This document shows positions 23,415 through 29,450 of a stretch of 39,462 bases of DNA, one piece after another. Each line of letters begins with the position of its first letter. Within the stretch, counting starts at the first letter, position 1. Made by a program: the position numbers and the translations under genes. This stretch comes from Deltaproteobacteria bacterium (lineage in GTDB: Bacteria > Desulfobacterota > Desulfobaccia > Desulfobaccales > 0-14-0-80-60-11): positions 1-39,462 of the forward strand of contig JARRQO010000014.1 in assembly GCA_037381685.1 (NCBI GenBank). Reading direction: 5' to 3'. Below the pieces are notes generated by a model. It had not been told where the DNA came from and did not search any database. It worked only from the letters and a program-made list of their open reading frames with translations.

Positions 23415-23646
23415 CCAAGGGGCACGATTGCGGCGCGGTCACTGCTTTGGACCCGGAATGCACCAGGACCTGGCCAAAGTTGTGTCCTGAATTTGATCCT
23501 AGAGGCTCAGGATGGAGCTTCTGGCCCGCGGATTCTGACCAATCCCGTTCGGCCTGAGGCCTGGTCCGCAACGGCTCCAGCAAGTTTGGCAGGAACGCCG
23601 GCACGTTGCCCTTTTTAGTCTCTGCTGCGGCTTTGACCATGCTCAT
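23317..23646 (-). CDS. N-terminal part of the DUF4157 protein (frameshift-separated)
   Basis: ATG at 23646 overlaps the TGA of the upstream gene (ATGA). The sequence MSMVKAAAETKKG...SGHNFGQVLVHSG...CPFGGACHTCPLKVQ resembles typical N-terminal leaders of DUF4157 proteins. The frame then ends 97 nt inside the 22086..23414 ORF. Confidence 0.65.
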   Translation of the reverse strand: MSMVKAAAETKKGNVPAFLPNLLEPLRTRPQAERDWSESAGQKLHPEPLGSNSGHNFGQVLVHSGSKAVTAPQSCPLVAAGPTFCPFGGACHTCPLKVQALPDDPTSGR

Positions 23647-23984
23647 CGGGTCAGTCCTCCAAACAGCGCCTGCGCCACCTGGGCTCCGATCGCTTCGGCT
23701 GGGGAGCCGGCCGCCACCTCGAACCTCCCGCCATCCAGATGGGCAATCTCGCGTCCCTGGGCCAGTGCCGCCGGTACCCCTTGGTCGGTAAACAGTCTCG
23801 CTAATTCGCATTGGACCGCATCGGCCAGGCGATAGCGATCAATCGGAGAAAAGCCGTGCAGCACTAACTCCTCAATAAAAATTTCCACGGACGCGGGGCC
23901 GAGATCAGGAGACTGAGTCTGCCCCTGGCCATTCATGGGCTGAACCAGGCCCAATCTCGATGCCTGCGGCTTTTGTCCGTTCAT
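23643..23984 (-). CDS. small conserved-context hypothetical protein (113 aa)
   Basis: ATG at 23984 overlaps the ATPase TGA (ATGA); the ORF-track start at 23990 is a TTG. The sequence looks coding (VEIFIEELVLHGFSPIDRYRLADAVQCELARLF). It is coupled at both ends. Confidence 0.65.
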   Translation of the reverse strand: MNGQKPQASRLGLVQPMNGQGQTQSPDLGPASVEIFIEELVLHGFSPIDRYRLADAVQCELARLFTDQGVPAALAQGREIAHLDGGRFEVAAGSPAEAIGAQVAQALFGGLTR

Positions 23985-25957
23985 AACCAACCTCGAATCT
24001 CAGCCTCGGTCGGCACCTTTTCCAGCTTGGCATATTCGCCCCGGGCCGCGCGCAAGATATGCAGCATCCGCACTGGCTCATTGGCTTCCGCCGCCAGAAA
24101 GGCGGCATTCAGGGCAATGTTGCGGATGGTCCCGCCGGTCGAGTTGAGCCGCGCCAGTTTGTGCAGATCCAGACCTTCCACCGGGGTGCCGGACGGAAAA
24201 ATCCGCCGCCAAATCTCGGCCCGGTGCGCGGCATCCGGAAAGGGAAACTGCACGATGAATCGCAGACGCCGGAGAAAGGCGGTATCCAAAGCCGTTTTCA
24301 TATTGGTGGTCAGGATCGATAAGCCCCGGTAGGTTTCCATGCGCTGCAGCAAGTAACTCACTTCAATATTGGCGTAGCGGTCGTGGCTGTCCTTGACCTC
24401 GCTCCGCTTGCCGAACAGAGCATCGGCTTCGTCAAAGAGCAGGATGGCTCCCCCCGTTTCGGCGGCATCGAACACCCGCCGCAGGTTTTTCTCGGTTTCG
24501 CCGATATACTTATTGACTACCTGACTGAGATCAATGCGATAAAGATCCAGCCGCAATGCGCCTGCCAACACCTCGGCTGCCATGGTTTTGCCGGTGCCGC
24601 TGGCCCCCGCAAACAAAGCGCTGATCCCCAGGCCGCGCGCTCCTTTGGCGGCGAACCCCCAGGTTTCATAGACCTTGGCGCGTTGCCGGACGTGAGTGGC
24701 AATATCTCTCAGCGTCTGCATTTGAGGTTCGGGCAAAATCAGGTCGTCCCAGGTGGCCGCAGGATCGATACGCTGAGCCAAGTCTTCCAGGCGCGCCCGG
24801 GCCTGGCTCCGGCAGGCCTCCCACAGCAGTGGCCCGAGAGCTTCCCCTTCCTCCCCGGAAAGGCTGCTCCGCAGGTGGGCGCCGGCGGCACAAATTTTTT
24901 GAGCACTTAGATTGAATTGCGCAACCACTCTCTCCAGTTCCCCATCCAAGCGGCTGGCCAGGGGGCCCAGGACTTCCTGCCACAGGGATTGTTGTTCTCC
25001 TTTGTTGGGTCTGGTCACCTCCAGGTTTACTACCAGGCGTTTCCGGAGACGCAGCGGCTCCCGGCTCGCCACCATGAGCATGCCTTGCAGGTTCTCCATG
25101 AACGAGACCAGGGAGTGGCTGTTCACCTGGTCATCGTATTCAATGAGCAGCGCGCTGCGAGTTAGCGCGGCTTCCCGCTCCCAGAGCCGGGCTAAGGCCT
25201 CGCGCTCGAGCACCGCCAGCGGGATGTCTTCTCCGTTTAGGACATAGGCTTGGAGCCCCAGTGCGGCGCAGGCAAACGCGGCGATGGCGCGCTTTCCGCT
25301 CTTTTCACCGCCACCGAGATGGATGATGGGCCAGCCAGAAACTTCTTGGGTTCGGGACCAGAAGTCAGTCACCCATTGAGCCTGGCGGCGCTGCGAAGGG
25401 GGTAGATCACCTGGAGCTGGCAGTGATTCCACGAACCCCTGCAACCGCGCCTCCAGGGATGACACGCCGGTCAGATAGTGCAGCACACGTTCATCAATGC
25501 GGAGCGGACTGGTGGTAAGGGTATCGCCCACCCCAACTTCTAGAAGACGCCAACGACGCAGCGGACCGCCGGGAGTCAGGGCGCTCCAATGAGCTTCGGG
25601 CAAGGCCGCCAGCGCCAGACTGAAGGTGGGGAAGGGGCTGTGCGAGTTGCCCTGGGCCGCCGCACACAAGGGCGCCAGTCCGGAATCCAGTTCCATGCCG
25701 GCGCACAACAGCAAAATGTCGCGCTCGAAAGAGGACAGGAAAAAGGCTGCACAGAGGGAATCCAGGGCTGCGGCATAAGGCAGTTGCCGCGTCGCGTCAT
25801 CCAGGGCCGATTCCACAGCCCGGCTATCATCTTCCTCCGGCAGTTGGTTTTGAACCCGGGCGATGTGCTGCTTTAGAGCCTTCCGGACCCCCGCGACTCT
25901 GGCCATCAGGTAGCGTTGATTGGCCTCCTGCCAGTTATCTGCTGTTGCCATCATCAT
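23981..25957 (-). CDS. AAA+ ATPase (Afp15/Cis15-like CIS assembly ATPase)
   Basis: 658-aa ORF. The C-terminal AAA module has Walker A GASGTGKTMAAE, Walker B ILLFDEADALFGKRSE and sensor/arginine-finger regions (LSILTTNMKTALDTAFLRRLRFIV). Confidence 0.9.
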   Translation of the reverse strand: MMMATADNWQEANQRYLMARVAGVRKALKQHIARVQNQLPEEDDSRAVESALDDATRQLPYAAALDSLCAAFFLSSFERDILLLCAGMELDSGLAPLCAAAQGNSHSPFPTFSLALAALPEAHWSALTPGGPLRRWRLLEVGVGDTLTTSPLRIDERVLHYLTGVSSLEARLQGFVESLPAPGDLPPSQRRQAQWVTDFWSRTQEVSGWPIIHLGGGEKSGKRAIAAFACAALGLQAYVLNGEDIPLAVLEREALARLWEREAALTRSALLIEYDDQVNSHSLVSFMENLQGMLMVASREPLRLRKRLVVNLEVTRPNKGEQQSLWQEVLGPLASRLDGELERVVAQFNLSAQKICAAGAHLRSSLSGEEGEALGPLLWEACRSQARARLEDLAQRIDPAATWDDLILPEPQMQTLRDIATHVRQRAKVYETWGFAAKGARGLGISALFAGASGTGKTMAAEVLAGALRLDLYRIDLSQVVNKYIGETEKNLRRVFDAAETGGAILLFDEADALFGKRSEVKDSHDRYANIEVSYLLQRMETYRGLSILTTNMKTALDTAFLRRLRFIVQFPFPDAAHRAEIWRRIFPSGTPVEGLDLHKLARLNSTGGTIRNIALNAAFLAAEANEPVRMLHILRAARGEYAKLEKVPTEAEIRGWL

Positions 25958-27306
25958 GGAATCGTCACCACCGGTGAGTTGTATTTGCCTGCGGCATCGG
26001 TCCCCAAGGGGCTTTCCGCGCCATCGACCTGAAGACGCACCAAGTAATCTCCGGCCTGCACGCCACTGATGGGAATGCTGATAGTCGGACTCGGCCCCGG
26101 CGGGCTCAACGGCGGGCTCCAGGGAAGCCTGGAAGGAGCGCTAAAGCTGTAGGCCCTAAGCTCCTCGGGAGGGCTTCCCGACGGCATGAGCTCATTGAGC
26201 AACAGGACCACCCGCTGCGTATCCCCGATAGCCGGGTCGACGGTCAGGTCCACCCTGGCCGAGCGCGGCTCGCTTCCCGTACCCTGCAGATTGGCAATGC
26301 CGATGGGGGCCACCAGGCGTGGGCTCAAAACGAAGGCCGCCACATTCGATGCAAAGCCGCGATGAGGGGTGGGCGGCGAGCCTAATAAAGTCCTTTGGAT
26401 CACCTGCACCCCCTGCACGCCGGCCTGAAGTCCCCCGGGGATCGGCACGATGATTTGCCGGTCGGTCACCTCGCCAGCCGCGGGAGTGACCGCGATGCCG
26501 CCGACCTGGACCACGGTATCTTCCCCGCGCAGTTGGCTGCCCGCGATAACCAGGTTGGATCCCGTCAGAATCGGTTGGTTATCCACGATGGGACCACCTG
26601 GGCTCGCCTGGGACTTGATCTGTTCGATGACCGGATGTTTAAACGGGATAACGTGAACGCGGCGCTCGCGCACCGGCAGGGCAGGCTTGGTCGAACGGCG
26701 GCTGTCGATGAGCACCACCGAGATCTGGTAAATTGCGGTTGGCCGGTATCTCGCCTGAAATGCCGGCCATAGCTTGGAAAGTTCTTCCGTGTTCATGATC
26801 TGCGGGGTGATTTTGATCTGCTCTACCTGTTCCGCCAGATCGGAGGTGAACAAGGCTTGCAGGGCCGGCGGCAAACCACCACCCCCGACCACGGGAGTGG
26901 GAGGAGCAAGCGCAGTCCGAATGGCGTCCCGCGGCAACACCGGAGTTTCATGTAACAACTGCATGGCGTAGCCCAGGAGGATTTCCGCGTGAAATTCCTC
27001 GGCCCCATAGGCGGTCAACAAATAATAAAGGTCCAGGGCGAGGGGCGGATTGTCGATCCGTTCGCCGCGCCCATTACGCGCCGGCAAGCCAACATTGCGC
27101 CAGCCCGGATTGGGAGTGACCTGGTATAAGAACAGGTTGAGCCGACTCTTCTTTAAATCTTCATCCGAAGCATCGATGCGGTCAGGGGGCAGGGCGCTCA
27201 CCGTGACTTCCCCAACCCCGGCTGAGACATTGTGGTCGATCAAGCCGTTATTGAGCAAGTCCTTCAATACAGCGGTCACCGCCGCAATGGCCAAGGCAGT
27301 GCTCAT
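25954..27306 (-). CDS. DUF4255 (Pvc16_N) tail terminator/cap protein with extended Ig/IPT-like C-terminal domains (Afp16/Cis16-like)
   Basis: 450-aa ORF. The N-terminus MSTALAIAAVTAVLKDLL...SRLNLFLYQVTPNPGWRN is the DUF4255 signature. The C-terminal half has two beta-rich segments (ILTGSNLVIAGSQLRGEDTVVQVGG..; ..GVQAGDYLVRLQVDG). Confidence 0.85.
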   Translation of the reverse strand: MSTALAIAAVTAVLKDLLNNGLIDHNVSAGVGEVTVSALPPDRIDASDEDLKKSRLNLFLYQVTPNPGWRNVGLPARNGRGERIDNPPLALDLYYLLTAYGAEEFHAEILLGYAMQLLHETPVLPRDAIRTALAPPTPVVGGGGLPPALQALFTSDLAEQVEQIKITPQIMNTEELSKLWPAFQARYRPTAIYQISVVLIDSRRSTKPALPVRERRVHVIPFKHPVIEQIKSQASPGGPIVDNQPILTGSNLVIAGSQLRGEDTVVQVGGIAVTPAAGEVTDRQIIVPIPGGLQAGVQGVQVIQRTLLGSPPTPHRGFASNVAAFVLSPRLVAPIGIANLQGTGSEPRSARVDLTVDPAIGDTQRVVLLLNELMPSGSPPEELRAYSFSAPSRLPWSPPLSPPGPSPTISIPISGVQAGDYLVRLQVDGAESPLGTDAAGKYNSPVVTIP

Positions 27307-28175
27307 CGCTTCCCCTCATCGCGTCCCTTCAAATAGTCTTCCAGGGAGAGTGACGGCCCGGACCGCGCTGGGGGCCGGGGCGGAGGCGGCGCTGGCGGCG
27401 CTATTACCGCGCGGACCTCGACCCGCCCGATGTTAATGCGGATGACAGGAGGCTCTGGCGGCATTCTGGCCGCTTCGGCGTTGATCAAGGAAGCCGCTGG
27501 GACAGCAGGAATGAGCGGCGCCGGAGAGACAATTTCTTCGGGCCTGGCTCCCGGTGAGGCTGGTAGTATTGGTGGGTCAGTCCCTGATCGACCTCTAGCC
27601 GGTGAGGCGGGTTCAACCAAGACGGTCTGGATAGGCGGTTCAGCGGAGAAGCGCGGTGGCGCAGGGCCGTTTTCTGGGGGCCCTGGTGGCGCGGTTTTTC
27701 CAGGCGCTGCCGGAGTAGCCTCGGGCCGGACTGGGGGAGAAACTGACAGCTTCTCACCTCCGACTGGGCGGGAGTCTTCGGCCTGGAAGGCTTTCTCCGC
27801 GGTTTGCTCGAGGCTAGACCTGGTTTGCACGGCCAAGTTTTCAGCCTGGGCGGCAACCGGTGGTTGAGGGACAACCTCCGGATACTTTTCGCCTGGGACC
27901 TGGGCCGGGCGCCGGGTTGGGGGCTTTTCTTGAAGATCCTCCCCGGGCCGGCGTGATTCCGGGGGAGGCTCAGATGCTTGCCACGGAGATGTTTTCAAGA
28001 CATGATCTGATTTCCCGGATTGCTGCGCGGCCTCTTCCGGGGCGTCCCCGACGGAACCGTTCGGCACAGAACCACTCATGGGGCTGGCAGGTTCAAAGCG
28101 CGACGCCAGCCGCGGCTGAATCACCTCCACCGATTCGAGGTTCCTGGCAATCAGGCTGCTCAGAAAGTCCGTCAT
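27303..28175 (-). CDS. proline-rich low-complexity CIS protein; candidate tail-length determinant (Afp14/Cis14-like)
   Basis: 290-aa ORF, ATGA-coupled at both ends. The termini look ordered (MTDFLSSLIARNLESVEVIQPRLASRFEP... and ...PPVIRINIGRVEVRAV). They flank a ~200-aa P/A/E/S-rich spacer. Confidence 0.5.
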   Translation of the reverse strand: MTDFLSSLIARNLESVEVIQPRLASRFEPASPMSGSVPNGSVGDAPEEAAQQSGKSDHVLKTSPWQASEPPPESRRPGEDLQEKPPTRRPAQVPGEKYPEVVPQPPVAAQAENLAVQTRSSLEQTAEKAFQAEDSRPVGGEKLSVSPPVRPEATPAAPGKTAPPGPPENGPAPPRFSAEPPIQTVLVEPASPARGRSGTDPPILPASPGARPEEIVSPAPLIPAVPAASLINAEAARMPPEPPVIRINIGRVEVRAVIAPPAPPPPRPPARSGPSLSLEDYLKGRDEGKR

Positions 28176-28906
28176 CCGCCAATGCGCTCCAGATAGAACT
28201 GCCGCCGCCTTTGACTCATGGCCAGAAGGTCCGATTCACTCCAGCCATAGGCGGAGGCGAGCAGATGCAGTTCGTCCAAGACTCGGATGGCCCAGGCATG
28301 AATCTCGGTCCAAAAAAACCGCCCTATGTCAAAGGGGGCCTGCCATTTCTGGCCGCACTGGACACAAGCGACGTTGAGACTAACATCCGCGTGCGGGTCC
28401 GCCTTGGCCATGCGGGCCATAATCGCCTCAACCGCGTCGGCCGACAAGTGATCCAGCGATCTTGCTTCCCCAGCATGGCTCACTTTTAAAAGACAGCGTT
28501 TAAGGATCAGTTGACGGTTGTGCGCCAGATCCTGATGGGGGTCAATAAGCGCCAGATCGAGGCTGTTGGGTAAACGAAACTGCACTTCATCCCCCTCGAT
28601 GCGCAGCATAAGGGTCTCTTCCGGCTCAGCTTCCGGCGCACCTTTAAGATCATCTGTGCGAAAGATGAGTTCCAACTGCTCCCCGCAATGGGGACACCTC
28701 GCCAAGCCAACGATTTGAGGCCCGAAGGTCTGTTCGCGCAACTTGAGCAAACGGAGGTTACGCTGGCCGATACTAAGTCTGGCCAGAGCCTCCCGGGACG
28801 TGTCGGGGCAGGCGGCGGCCAGTAATACCAGGGCTCGCTCAGCGAGGGTTCGGCCGAGGCCCTCTTCCCAGGCCTTCAATAATTCGGGAACCGTCAAGGC
28901 GCGCAT
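28172..28906 (-). CDS. CIS-associated zinc-ribbon protein (possibly a baseplate-hub/tube assembly chaperone)
   Basis: 244-aa ORF immediately after the tube gene. It has two CxxC pairs (CPHCGEQ ... CVQCGQKW). The function is inferred only from position. I recall similar proteins being labelled T4-family hub assembly chaperone, but could not verify this. Confidence 0.5.
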   Translation of the reverse strand: MRALTVPELLKAWEEGLGRTLAERALVLLAAACPDTSREALARLSIGQRNLRLLKLREQTFGPQIVGLARCPHCGEQLELIFRTDDLKGAPEAEPEETLMLRIEGDEVQFRLPNSLDLALIDPHQDLAHNRQLILKRCLLKVSHAGEARSLDHLSADAVEAIMARMAKADPHADVSLNVACVQCGQKWQAPFDIGRFFWTEIHAWAIRVLDELHLLASAYGWSESDLLAMSQRRRQFYLERIGG

Positions 28907-28912
28907 ACTTCA

Positions 28913-29440
28913 CTACCCGGGCGGCTCGGTGAAGGCCGGCTCTGCCGGTTCAGTTACCTCAAGATCACGTTCCCAGCCCTCGTTTTCCAGTTTGATCTGC
29001 TGGATTGCCACGGCATTGGCGTTGGCGTCAAGCTCAGGAAGGGCCTGAAATTCTGAGACCCAGCAACGATAAACCCTGTAAGCCAGAGCCAACTGGCCGG
29101 CCTCATTGTAGACCTCGATAATAATGTCCTTGCGGAAATCTTGGAGGGAGACCTCCGCCCCCAGGCCTGACCCAAAGTTCCAGACCTTGTTAGCCCATTT
29201 CTCGAATTCCGTGTCGTGGGTGACGCCGCGCTCGAGGGTGATGGCGTCAAACTCTGAGCGCCCGGGAGACTTGCGGCTGCTGCTCGGGTCTCCCCCCTCC
29301 CGGTGTTTTACCACTTCGGTGGTGCGCTTCAGGATTCCCACCTTGCTGACCCCGGCAACATACTTCCCATCCCACTTGACCCGGAATTTAAAGTTCTTGT
29401 ATGGATCGAAACGCTGAGCATTGACGCTAAATTGAGCCAT
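28913..29440 (-). CDS. CIS tail tube protein (T4 gp19-like; Afp1/Cis1)
   Basis: 175-aa ORF. FDPYKNFKFRVKWDGKYVAGVSKVGILKRTTEVVKHREGGDPSSSRKSPGRSEFDAITLERGVTHD is the canonical 'conserved phage tail region protein' tube motif. Confidence 0.9.
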   Translation of the reverse strand: MAQFSVNAQRFDPYKNFKFRVKWDGKYVAGVSKVGILKRTTEVVKHREGGDPSSSRKSPGRSEFDAITLERGVTHDTEFEKWANKVWNFGSGLGAEVSLQDFRKDIIIEVYNEAGQLALAYRVYRCWVSEFQALPELDANANAVAIQQIKLENEGWERDLEVTEPAEPAFTEPPG

Positions 29441-29450
29441 GGCTATCTCC

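Noticed and set aside
23647-23811. N-terminal extension of the 164-aa ORF upstream of Met-56
   Set aside because: This part (MRISETVYRPRGTGGTGPGTRDCPSGWREVRGGGRLPS...) overlaps the better-supported 113-aa gene and is G/R/P-rich. The ATG at 23646 forms an ATGA overlap with that gene's stop, which fits the operon's coupling pattern.
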